Positions 24,157 through 32,000 of a DNA stretch of 32,000 nt are shown piece after piece; positions within the stretch are counted from its first letter, which is position 1; every line of letters starts with the position of its first letter. A model generated the notes under the pieces. It had not been told where the DNA came from. It made no database searches and worked only from the letters and a program-made list of their open reading frames with translations. Both the position numbers and the translations under genes were made by a program. Origin of the DNA: Candidatus Methylomirabilis limnetica (GTDB taxonomy: Bacteria; Methylomirabilota; Methylomirabilia; Methylomirabilales; Methylomirabilaceae); assembly GCF_003044035.1 (NCBI RefSeq), contig NZ_NVQC01000016.1, positions 90,001-122,000 of the forward strand, given 5' to 3'.

Positions 24157-24611
24157 TCATGACGTTCGCGGCATGGTGCGTGCACATAGTTCCTGCGCTA
24201 CGGACACCCCGGAATGGATGATTGCACGACCTGACCTCAATCGTTTACTGCTGAAAACTGACCGCTGATGGCTGAGAGCGTATTTCTGCTTGATATGGGA
24301 GGGGGCATGGCTACACTGGAGCCCTCCAACTCGCAGCCGCACTGGTTTCGAATTGTGTGGTGTATCTCACGAACGACAGGGATCTTCCGCCCGTACCCGG
24401 TCTTCGAATTCTGCAGCTCCACGACTATCTCCCAACACTGTAAAGCCGTCAGGCCCGCAATCTACCGGCTCCCCACGTTCAGTACACTGCCCGGGAGGTG
24501 GTGAGTGGGCTGAAGGCGAAGTGGTGCTGCGGGGGGGGCTAGGGCGATTGAATCCGAACTTTCGATAGCAGCGAGCGTCCACGAGCCAGTCCACTTAGAC
24601 CCGGGCCGAGC

Positions 24612-24640
24612 TTTACACGAGTAGGTACCTTGGGTATAGT
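24612..24640 (+). promoter_or_regulatory. sigma70-type promoter abutting the RqcH-like start codon
   Basis: TTTACA (24612-24617), 17-nt spacer, TATAGT (24635-24640), 8 nt, ATG 24649. No SD. Confidence 0.45.
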
Positions 24641-24648
24641 TGCGTGTC

Positions 24649-26448
24649 ATGGATGCTTTTTGTCTAGCCGCGATCATTCAGGAACTGCAAGCCATTCTCC
24701 CTGGTGCCAGGATCAGTCGCCTTCAGCAACTCGATCGGTGGAGTCTGCTTCTGGTCTTTCATAGGGGACGTGGGCAAGAGGGGCTCTTGCTTTCTGTCGA
24801 GCCTGGCGCGCCCAGGGTCGAGTTGCTCTCGCCGCCACGTAAGCCTTCTGTATCCTCGTCGAGGTTTGGGGATTTCGTCGCCTCGAAGACGAAGGAGGCG
24901 CTGATTGAGGCGGTTGAACAGGTGGGGTTGGACCGGATCACGGCGATAGAGATGAGCGGCGGCCCGCTGCCTGGTTCGACGAGGCTCACCACAGGCGAGG
25001 CGGCCATGACCCTGTATGTGGAGATGCTTGGGCCTGCGAGCAACTTTATCCTCGTCGATCGAGTCACTGGAACGGTCATCGACCGCCTTCGCTCGACCTC
25101 CGGAAGAACGAGGGGTAAGACGCCGGAACCGGGTGAGCCGTATCAGTCCCCCTTTGATTGCAGTCGCGTCGATCCCAGGTGTGTCAAAGAAGACGAATTT
25201 CAAGAACTGGTCCGCCCGCGCCTCGCTGAAGGGGTCGAACCGGCGCGCGCACTCGCGACCTGCTTTACAGGGTTCAGCTCATTGATGGCGACGGAACTGG
25301 TAGCCCGTTCCGGCCTCTCGACACTCGCCCCCCTCGACGAGCAAGCGCGCGCCCTGTGGAAGCCGTTTCGCGATCTCATGGGTCGTGTGGCTACCGCGTC
25401 CTTCAAGCCCAGGCTTATCATAGGGAGCAATGGGGAGTCGGCCGGGATCGCGGCCTTTCCGCTGATCACAGTTGCGGATAACCATCAGGTTCCTTATTCC
25501 ACCATGGCTGAGGCGCTTGCTGCCTACCATGGAAGCCGCGATCAGGTTGAGCGGCCGCAGACCATTCTGGCTGGGTTGCTACGCCGCCTGCAGAGTGAGA
25601 TCAGTGCGGCGGAGCGGCTTTCGGCCAGTCTCGGACAGGAGGCAACTCTCTATCGTGAGGGCGAGCTCCATGCGCGGAAGGGTCAGCTTCTGCTTGCCAA
25701 TCGGGCCGGGATTCGGCGCGGAGAACAGACAGTCGAACTTGTCGACTACGCTGATCCAGGAACGCAATTGCTGCGAATCGAGCTGGACCCCGCATGCTCC
25801 ATCGAGGAGAACGCCAAGCGATACTTCGCGCTGCACCGCAAGGCTAAACGCGGAGGGGGAATCGTCGAAAAGCGTCTTGAAGAGGCCACCAGGCGGCTGG
25901 CCACGCTCCGGTCGCTGGTGCAGGAAGCGGAGACGGCGAAGGATGTGGGCGAGTTGCAGCGGATTGACGCCGCCTTAGCTCGTGTGGCGAGGCGCCGCCC
26001 CATTCAAGGGCCTGCAGCGTCGCGTGTTCGGGAATCGGAAGGCCCCGAACCGCGCACCTTCCGCTCCTCGGATGGCCTGGCGATCCTGGTTGGTAAAAGT
26101 GGGGCGGGTAATGATCACCTGACCTGGAGGCTTGCCCGACCTCACGATCTGTGGCTTCACGCCCAAGGCATCCCCGGCTCGCATGTCCTCGTTCGCCTGG
26201 CGAAAGGAAAGCAGACCCCACCGCGAACCTTGTGCGAGGCGGCGCAACTCGCGGCCTACTACAGCCGGGCGCGCGGGCAGGTCAAGGTGCCGGTGGACTA
26301 TGCCCTGCGGAAATTCCTGAGGAAGCCGAAGGCTGCTGCGCCAGGGGCGGCGCTGCTATCGCGGGAGAAGACGATCACTGTTCGGCCCGAGGCCGACCTG
26401 GTCCGCCGACTGCATGCCGCGGAAGACGCTCTCCGCACAGAGGGTTGA
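24649..26448 (+). CDS. rqcH: NFACT-family protein (FbpA/RqcH-like, ribosome quality control) with a C-terminal NFACT-R/DUF814 domain
   Basis: The N-terminus MDAFCLAAIIQELQAILPGARISRLQQ is typical of NFACT-N. A central coiled coil follows. The C-terminus ..FRSSDGLAILVGKSGAGNDHLTWRLARPHDLWLHAQGIPGSHVLVR.. is the DUF814 signature. Confidence 0.8.
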   Translation: MDAFCLAAIIQELQAILPGARISRLQQLDRWSLLLVFHRGRGQEGLLLSVEPGAPRVELLSPPRKPSVSSSRFGDFVASKTKEALIEAVEQVGLDRITAIEMSGGPLPGSTRLTTGEAAMTLYVEMLGPASNFILVDRVTGTVIDRLRSTSGRTRGKTPEPGEPYQSPFDCSRVDPRCVKEDEFQELVRPRLAEGVEPARALATCFTGFSSLMATELVARSGLSTLAPLDEQARALWKPFRDLMGRVATASFKPRLIIGSNGESAGIAAFPLITVADNHQVPYSTMAEALAAYHGSRDQVERPQTILAGLLRRLQSEISAAERLSASLGQEATLYREGELHARKGQLLLANRAGIRRGEQTVELVDYADPGTQLLRIELDPACSIEENAKRYFALHRKAKRGGGIVEKRLEEATRRLATLRSLVQEAETAKDVGELQRIDAALARVARRRPIQGPAASRVRESEGPEPRTFRSSDGLAILVGKSGAGNDHLTWRLARPHDLWLHAQGIPGSHVLVRLAKGKQTPPRTLCEAAQLAAYYSRARGQVKVPVDYALRKFLRKPKAAAPGAALLSREKTITVRPEADLVRRLHAAEDALRTEG

Positions 26449-26491
26449 GTCCACAGGGGGTCCATTCCCCGCGGCGTGCCGCGAGTTAGTC

Positions 26492-26552
26492 ATACCGGTG
26501 GAAGCCGGTATCCAGAGGGCCAGACTGGATTCCGTGTCAAGCACGGAATGAC
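26492..26552 (+). repeat. REP-like hairpin element (ggaatgac / ctggattcc family), related to 2985-3041
   Basis: Hairpins ataccgg-tggaag-ccggtat and attccgtg-tcaag-cacggaat. Shares ctggattcc and tgtcaagcNcggaatgac with the other copy. Confidence 0.6.
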
Positions 26553-26616
26553 GGGCCAGAACAGAAGACGATACCCAGCAACTTGCTGCGGGGTAGTTCA
26601 TTCTACTGGGGGTTCA

Positions 26617-27561
26617 TTGGCGGTCTATGCGGCTATCGATGTCGGGACCAACACCCTCCGTCTGCTTGTGGCCGACGCGGTGAGTCCTGATCACTTCACC
26701 GTCCTTCATGAGGAACAGACGATTCCTCGCCTCGGCGAAGGATTGATACCAAGCCGGCTGCTCCAGGATGCGCCAATCCGGCGAAGCCTGACGATCCTTA
26801 AGAGGTTCGCTGAGGTGGCTCGCCGCCTCAAGGCCACGCACGTGGCGGCGGTCGCCACCAGCGCAGTGCGGGAGGCGGGCAACCGCGAGGAGTTTGTCGC
26901 TGCGGTGCTTCTGGAGAGCGGGCTCAGCATCCAGGTGATCGACGGCAGCGAGGAGGCGCGGCTGACCCTGCTCGGCGTTCGGCACGGGCTTCGCCTCGGG
27001 TCGAGCCGGGTCCTGGTCATGGACATCGGCGGGGGGAGCACCGAGTTCATCCTGGCCAAGGGGGAGACGATTGAGGCGATCGTGAGTACTGGCCTGGGCG
27101 TGGTCAAGCTGACGGAGGCACATCTCACAAGCGATCCTCCTACCCCCGGCGAGTTGCAGGCCATGGAACGGGTTGTCGCGGACCGGGTTGGCCGGCTTCG
27201 AGACGAATTACCTGACCTCCAGGGGACGGCGCTCATCGGCGCCGCTGGGACCCCGACAACCCTCGCTGCGATTGATCTGGGGCTCACCGTCTATACCCCC
27301 GATCGAGTAGACGGCCACCGGCTGTCGATGACTCGGACCAGGCAACTGCTTCACGAGTTGGCGACGAAACCGCTGGCCGAACGGAGTAAGATACCGCTCT
27401 TGGAACCAGGGCGCGCCGACCTGATTGTTGCGGGAGCTACCCTTGCCGTAACGGTCATGTGCATGCTTGGCTACGATGAGTTCATGGTGAGCGACAGTGG
27501 TCTGCGCGAAGGAATCCTCCTCGACCTCCTCAGGCACCACAAAAAATCTCCCCCCCTTTAG
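26617..27561 (+). CDS. Ppx/GppA-family phosphatase (short form)
   Basis: (M)AVYAAIDVGTNTLRLLVAD and ..VLVMDIGGGSTEF.. are the ASKHA phosphate-1/2 motifs of Ppx/GppA. TTG 26617 was chosen because the ORF-track N-terminal extension (26476-) is translated from a REP-like element. The start is uncertain. Confidence 0.8.
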   Translation: MAVYAAIDVGTNTLRLLVADAVSPDHFTVLHEEQTIPRLGEGLIPSRLLQDAPIRRSLTILKRFAEVARRLKATHVAAVATSAVREAGNREEFVAAVLLESGLSIQVIDGSEEARLTLLGVRHGLRLGSSRVLVMDIGGGSTEFILAKGETIEAIVSTGLGVVKLTEAHLTSDPPTPGELQAMERVVADRVGRLRDELPDLQGTALIGAAGTPTTLAAIDLGLTVYTPDRVDGHRLSMTRTRQLLHELATKPLAERSKIPLLEPGRADLIVAGATLAVTVMCMLGYDEFMVSDSGLREGILLDLLRHHKKSPPL

Positions 27562-27582
27562 AAAAAGGAGTTGGGGGGTTTT
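27550..27582 (+). terminator. possible intrinsic terminator after the Ppx/GppA gene
   Basis: A C7 tract (27550-27556) can pair with a G6 tract (27573-27578), followed by TTTT (27579-82). The loop is long, so the call is weak. Confidence 0.35.
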
Positions 27583-27682
27583 GTGGCGGGCCTTTTCTTT
27601 GCGTTGACAACGTCTTTGTTGTGTGCTAAGGATCATACGACTATAGGGGGATTCGCAAGCGCTGAGCCTACTGAATCACTCG

Positions 27683-28228
27683 ATGGATGCTGACAAAGTA
27701 TTGGTATTGAATAACTCGTTTGCACCCCTCCACGTCTGCACTACGCGAAGAGCAATTGTTCTCCTGTATACCGGAAAGGCCGAACGGATCGAGGATAGTC
27801 CAAGCATTGTTCACTCCCCCTCGGTCGCCTTTGTCATCCCTTCCGTAATCCGCCTCCATCGCTATGTGAAGCTTCCGATCATCCCCTCAATCGCTTTCAG
27901 CAAGAAAAATATTCTGAGGCGGGACGCCTATACCTGCCAGTACTGCGGTCGTAACAGCGGTGAACGGATGACCATCGACCATGTGATTCCCAGATCGCTG
28001 GGGGGACGAACCATCTGGGAGAATGTGGTGAGCGCGTGCCGCGCCTGCAACGTGAAGAAAGGGAACACGCCCCTTCACGAGGTCAGGATGAACCTGCTCC
28101 GCAAGCCCTCCAAACCGGCCTCCATCTTTTACCTGGGGATCATGGCCCATTCTCCACACCGGATCATCTCCTGGAGCACGTATCTCCCCCGCGACGGTGG
28201 CGGGGACCTCCAGGGTGCCCGTTCTTGA
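27683..28228 (+). CDS. HNH endonuclease-domain protein
   Basis: [46 protein letters not shown] is an HNH motif with flanking Cys pairs. A possible promoter TTGACA (27604-09), 17 nt, TAAGGA lies upstream. Confidence 0.8.
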   Translation: MDADKVLVLNNSFAPLHVCTTRRAIVLLYTGKAERIEDSPSIVHSPSVAFVIPSVIRLHRYVKLPIIPSIAFSKKNILRRDAYTCQYCGRNSGERMTIDHVIPRSLGGRTIWENVVSACRACNVKKGNTPLHEVRMNLLRKPSKPASIFYLGIMAHSPHRIISWSTYLPRDGGGDLQGARS

Positions 28229-28239
28229 CCGCCCTGACT

Positions 28240-30240
28240 ATGCCTAGTTTCAAGCTCGTCTGCGACTATCAGCCAAAGGGCGATCAACCCCAGGCGATCA
28301 GGAAGCTGGTTGAAGGGTGTTTGCAGGACAGGCCTCACCAGGTGCTCCTGGGGGTGACGGGTTCGGGCAAGACCTTTACCATGGCGAACGTCATCGCTGC
28401 GATCGAACGCCCAACGCTGATTATTGCCCATAACAAGACCCTGGCGGGACAGCTCTATGAAGAGTTCAAGGCGTTTTTCCCGCACAACGCCGTTGAATAC
28501 TTCGTCAGCTACTACGACTACTATCAGCCAGAGGCGTACCTGCCTGTCACCGACACCTTCATCGAGAAGGATTCCATGATCAACGATCACATCGATAAGC
28601 TTCGCCATTCAGCCACGCGTTCGCTGCTGGAGCGGCGCGACGTGGTCATCGTGGCCTCCGTCTCATGCATCTATGGCTTGGGTTCCCCGGAAGCCTACCA
28701 TGGGATGATGATCTTCCTGGAGCGGGGCGGCTTGTGTAATCGAGAACAGATGCTCCGGAAGCTGGTGGAGATCCAGTATCAGCGGAACGACTACGATTTG
28801 CATCGCGGCAGCTTCCGGGTGCGGGGGGACGTGGTGGAGATCTTCCCCGCCTACGCCGATACGGTGGTTCGGGTGGAGCTGTTCGGCGACGAGGTGGAAG
28901 GGCTGTGGGAGGTCGACTCGCTCACAGGCGCGCGGCTCCAGGGACTCCATCGGGTTCCGATCTATCCGGCCACACATTACGTGACTCCACACGACCGTCG
29001 AACGGAGGCTCTTGCGGCGATTCTCGAGGAGCTGAATGAGCAGGTCGCGGCCTTTGAGAAGGCCGGGAAACTCCTTGAGGCGCAGCGGCTGAAGCAGCGG
29101 ACCTTTTTCGACCTGGAGATGATGCGGGAGATCGGGGTCTGTAAGGGCATCGAGAACTATTCGCGCCATCTTTCGGGCCGGACCCCGGGCGAGCCGCCCC
29201 CTACACTGATGGACTACCTGCCTAAGGATGCCCTGGTGATCATCGATGAATCCCACCAGTCGATCCCCCAATTCCGCGGTATGTATCACGGCGACCGCTC
29301 CCGCAAGGGGACGCTGGTTGATTACGGGTTCCGCCTCCCGTCCGCCATGGACAATCGCCCGTTCACCTTTGAGGAGTTTGAGCGGGCTGTGCACCAGGTC
29401 ATCTATGTGTCGGCGACACCAGGGCCCTATGAGCTTGCGAAGGTCAAGGGGGAGATCGTGGAACAGATTATCCGCCCCACCGGGCTGATCGACCCCGAGA
29501 TCCAGATCAGGCCGATCCGCGGGCAGATCGATGACCTGATTGGCGAAGTCCGGGCGGTCACTGCCAGGGGCCATCGGGTCTTGATCACGACGCTTACCAA
29601 GCGAATGGCCGAGGACCTCACAGACTACCTTGCCGAGGTCGGGATCAAGATCCGCTACCTGCACTCTGACATCGATACCCTGGAGCGGAATGAGATTATC
29701 CGCGAGCTCCGGCTTGGGAAGTGTGACGTGCTGGTTGGGATCAACCTCTTGCGGGAAGGACTGGATCTCCCTGAGGTGGCGCTGGTGGCCATCTTGGATG
29801 CCGACAAGGAGGGGTTCCTTCGCTCTACTGGATCCCTCATCCAGACCATCGGCCGGGCCGCAAGGAATGTTGAGGGACGGGTGGTGCTGTATGCCGACAC
29901 CATCACAGACTCGATGAAGCGTGCCATTGAGGAGACCGAACGGAGACGTGAGGTCCAGATGGCCTATAACCTCGAGCATGGAATCACTCCGGAAAGCATC
30001 AAGAAGTCAATCTCTGATGTCCTCTCAAGCGTCACCGAGAAGGACTACTATACCGTCCCAGCCACGTCCGACGTCGAGAAGGCTGGCCGCCTTACGAAAG
30101 AAGAGCTGTCAGCTCAGATCGAGCAGTTGGAGAAAGAGATGCGGGCGGCGGCGAAGCGGCTCGAGTTCGAGCGGGCGGCGAAGTTCCGGGATCAAATCCG
30201 GGAGATGGAGAAGCACCACCTCGGCATTGTCGAGGGCTAA
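28240..30240 (+). CDS. uvrB: excinuclease ABC subunit B (UvrB), 666 aa
   Basis: [36 protein letters not shown] Walker A, DESH box, YADTITDSM and the C-terminal UVR domain ..[18 protein letters not shown]. The ORF-track start 28036 lies inside the HNH gene. Confidence 0.95.
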   Translation: MPSFKLVCDYQPKGDQPQAIRKLVEGCLQDRPHQVLLGVTGSGKTFTMANVIAAIERPTLIIAHNKTLAGQLYEEFKAFFPHNAVEYFVSYYDYYQPEAYLPVTDTFIEKDSMINDHIDKLRHSATRSLLERRDVVIVASVSCIYGLGSPEAYHGMMIFLERGGLCNREQMLRKLVEIQYQRNDYDLHRGSFRVRGDVVEIFPAYADTVVRVELFGDEVEGLWEVDSLTGARLQGLHRVPIYPATHYVTPHDRRTEALAAILEELNEQVAAFEKAGKLLEAQRLKQRTFFDLEMMREIGVCKGIENYSRHLSGRTPGEPPPTLMDYLPKDALVIIDESHQSIPQFRGMYHGDRSRKGTLVDYGFRLPSAMDNRPFTFEEFERAVHQVIYVSATPGPYELAKVKGEIVEQIIRPTGLIDPEIQIRPIRGQIDDLIGEVRAVTARGHRVLITTLTKRMAEDLTDYLAEVGIKIRYLHSDIDTLERNEIIRELRLGKCDVLVGINLLREGLDLPEVALVAILDADKEGFLRSTGSLIQTIGRAARNVEGRVVLYADTITDSMKRAIEETERRREVQMAYNLEHGITPESIKKSISDVLSSVTEKDYYTVPATSDVEKAGRLTKEELSAQIEQLEKEMRAAAKRLEFERAAKFRDQIREMEKHHLGIVEG

Positions 30241-30255
30241 GGTAGTGCGTCCACA

Positions 30256-30388
30256 AAATCCCCCCCCATCCTCACCTTCCCCCTCCTGGGGGGAAGGGAC
30301 AGCTTGCGTAGATTCCTCCCCCCTTGCGGGGAAGGGACGCCTCACGCAAACTCCTCCCCCCTTGAGGGGGAGGATTAAGGTGGGGGGT
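30256..30388. repeat. cluster of G/C-tract hairpins, same module family as 8877-8965
   Basis: Hairpins cttcccc..ggggaag, nested ttgcgt...acgcaa, and tcctccccc-cttga-gggggagga followed by attaaggtgggggg (compare gggggattaaggggg at 8946-8960). Intergenic between uvrB and the csp gene. Confidence 0.55.
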
Positions 30389-30489
30389 AATGGGTCCGGA
30401 AATGTGAGGTTCGGGAAAAGGAATCCTGTCTATAGTGGACAGGGCATTGAAAGGCTGCGGGTTCTTAACGACAAGAGGAGGTTAAGAGT

Positions 30490-30693
30490 ATGCAAGGTAA
30501 GGTGAAGTGGTTCAACGTAACGAAGCGGTTCGGGTTCGTCGTGCGGGACGATGGGGGACAGGATGCGTTCGTCCACGCGAGTGACGTGGAGGGGGGTACC
30601 ACGCTGAAGGAAGGCGACACGGTCGAGTTTGACCTGGGCCAGGATGATAGTGGCCGCGCGAAGGCGGTCCGGGTCCGGGTCGTACAGGGGTAA
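30490..30693 (+). CDS. cold-shock domain protein (CspA family)
   Basis: MQGKVKWFNVTKRFGFVVRDDGGQDAFVHASDV carries RNP1/RNP2-like motifs. 67 aa. AGGAGG lies 8 nt upstream. Confidence 0.9.
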   Translation: MQGKVKWFNVTKRFGFVVRDDGGQDAFVHASDVEGGTTLKEGDTVEFDLGQDDSGRAKAVRVRVVQG

Positions 30694-30703
30694 TCATCAG
30701 TCG

Positions 30704-30734
30704 CGTAGGTCGGGTTAGCGCAGCGTAACCCGAC
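30704..30734. repeat. 31-nt hairpin repeat, copy 2 (identical to 1945-1975)
   Basis: cgtaggtcgggttagcgcagcgtaacccgac, starting 11 nt after the csp stop codon. Confidence 0.9.
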
Positions 30735-30857
30735 GGATCAAACGAGTCGAGCAGGTCGGCCCCGCGAAACATCCAGACCTACGTGGACGATTATTCGCTC
30801 AAATCGCGCCGGGAGGAGATCGCTCCCAGCACACTATACGTGTTTCCGTACTACTTA

Positions 30858-30927
30858 GGCGTTTAGGCTGAAGGTTGTTAGGGGTAAAGCAGCGATCATA
30901 CAGCCTTCGACCTTCAGTCTATCCACC
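30858..30927. repeat. REP-like element with both arms (gtttaggctgaagg ... ccttcagtcta), forming an imperfect long hairpin
   Basis: The left arm ggcgtttaggctgaaggttgt and right arm acagccttcgaccttcagtctatccacc are imperfect inverted repeats. Single arms occur at 17918-17946 and 9879-9912. Confidence 0.6.
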
Positions 30928-31013
30928 TGACCTCTGACCCCCACTTTCCTTTTGACTCCTCACGCTCCCTGTGCCAGTATTCGATACCTAACGGCTTACG
31001 AGGAGAGTGCGGC

Positions 31014-32000
31014 ATGCATCATTTCCAGTATCGTGGCGATCACCTCATGTGCGAAGAGGTGCCGATCGAGCGGATAGCTGAGGAGGTCGGCACCCCGTTC
31101 TATTTGTATAGCCACGCGACGCTCACGCACCACTTCCAGGTCTTTGACCAGGCGTTCGCCGACATTCCCCACCTGGTCTGCTTCGCGATGAAGGCGAACT
31201 CCAACGTCGCGACCTTGAAGCTCTTCGCCGATCTTGGGAGCGGAGCCGATGTCGTGTCGGGTGGGGAGCTCTATCGTGCCTTGCGGGCCGGCATCCCGCC
31301 GAGCCGGATCGTCTTTGCGGGAGTGGGCAAGACCCGCGAGGAGATGGGGTTCGCCCTGAAGTCCGATATCCTGATGTTTAATGTGGAGTCTCCCCAAGAG
31401 CTTCGCCTGCTGAATGACGTAGCTGGGGCTATGGGGACGAAGGCGAGGGTGGCGCTACGGATCAACCCGGACGTCGATCCGAACACTCATCCGTATATCG
31501 CCACCGGGCTGAAGAAGAGCAAATTCGGCATCGACATCTCCTTGGCCATGGAGGAGTATCGGGTCGCCAAGGAACTGCAGCATATCGAGGTCGTTGGGGT
31601 CCATCAGCATATCGGTTCCCAGATCACCGAGATCGCGCCCTTTGTGGACAGCCTGGTCAAGGTTGCGGGACTGATCGCCGAGCTCCGGGATCATGGTTTC
31701 GCGATCACGTATCTGGATGTCGGCGGCGGGCTCGGGATCACCTATAAGGATGAAAATCCACCTGTGCCACGGGTCTTTGCGGAAGCTATGATTGCGGTCA
31801 TCAAGGACCTGGGCTGCACCATCGTGCTGGAGCCCGGACGGGTGATTGTTGGGAATGCGGGGGTCCTGGTGACGAAGGTGCTCTACGACAAGCGCACTCC
31901 CGCCAAGCACTTTATCGTGGTTGATGCCGGGATGAACGATCTGATCCGTCCCAGTCTCTACGGCTCATTCCATTCCATCCTGCCCGCGCGGCAGGAGACA
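31014..32000 (+). CDS. lysA: diaminopimelate decarboxylase (LysA), 3' end outside window
   Basis: ATG 31014 has AGGAGAG 6 nt upstream, and the frame is open to the window end. MHHFQYRGDHLMCEEVPIERIAEEVGTPFYLYS, ..CFAMKANSN.. (PLP lysine), ..HQHIGSQI.., ..LDVGGGLGI.., ..EPGR.. are LysA motifs. It is absent from the ORF track because it has no stop. Minus-strand ORFs here are shadows. Confidence 0.9.
   Translation, partial: MHHFQYRGDHLMCEEVPIERIAEEVGTPFYLYSHATLTHHFQVFDQAFADIPHLVCFAMKANSNVATLKLFADLGSGADVVSGGELYRALRAGIPPSRIVFAGVGKTREEMGFALKSDILMFNVESPQELRLLNDVAGAMGTKARVALRINPDVDPNTHPYIATGLKKSKFGIDISLAMEEYRVAKELQHIEVVGVHQHIGSQITEIAPFVDSLVKVAGLIAELRDHGFAITYLDVGGGLGITYKDENPPVPRVFAEAMIAVIKDLGCTIVLEPGRVIVGNAGVLVTKVLYDKRTPAKHFIVVDAGMNDLIRPSLYGSFHSILPARQET

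Noticed and set aside
24320-24375. tRNA-like T-loop string (ggtttcgaatt) in the 24.1-24.6 kb intergenic region, a possible tRNA fragment or att site
   Set aside because: No proper T-stem, acceptor or anticodon arm can be drawn. The small ORFs here (61-92 aa) have no support, so the region is left unexplained.
26476-26616. N-terminal extension of the Ppx/GppA ORF (MPRVSHTGGSRYPEGQTGFRVKHGMTGQ...)
   Set aside because: It is translated from a REP-like hairpin element (26492-26552). The conserved Ppx N-terminus (AIDVGTNT) begins just after TTG 26617.
28036-28239. N-terminal over-extensions in the ORF track: uvrB 28036, higB-1 18951, higA-3 19796, J-domain 6395, ligase 7771, lipoprotein 9109, small lipoprotein 13660
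   Set aside because: Each extension overlaps the upstream gene or a promoter. Internal starts give family-typical N-termini.
28663-29979. 438-aa minus-strand ORF opposite uvrB, plus 28129..28608 minus
   Set aside because: Antisense shadows of uvrB with no recognisable domains.

Overview
High-G+C bacterial chromosomal window (G+C judged by eye, not computed). Core genes: the tail of a NorB-like oxidase, a Yip1-like membrane protein, and a surface-polysaccharide cluster at 2.0-8.6 kb (three SDR epimerases, a nucleotide-sugar dehydrogenase, an O-antigen-ligase-like protein and a J-domain protein). Further core genes are tRNA-Leu(GAG), uvrA, an NFACT/RqcH-like protein, a Ppx/GppA phosphatase, an HNH protein, uvrB, a cold-shock protein and the start of lysA. 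Between uvrA and the RqcH-like gene lies about 12 kb of accessory DNA (12.5-24.6 kb). (1) A 4.9-kb islet holds IS debris and a lipoprotein plus M6-like metalloprotease operon. It is bracketed by two diverged copies of the uvrA 3' end, which is the signature of an integrative element that targeted uvrA. (2) There are three HigBA toxin-antitoxin modules. One is flanked by two 294-bp TIR-bounded elements in direct orientation and by 29-30 bp direct repeats. (3) A three-gene IPTL-CTERM substrate / short exosortase / SEC-C-tailed membrane protein cassette. Other observations: UvrA has an insertion domain about half the canonical length, four genes have -10 boxes abutting the start codon (probably leaderless), and several short hairpin repeat families recur in intergenic DNA. 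All family calls rest on motif recall and hand alignment. No searches or folding were run. Many long ORF-track entries are antisense shadows or N-terminal over-extensions.
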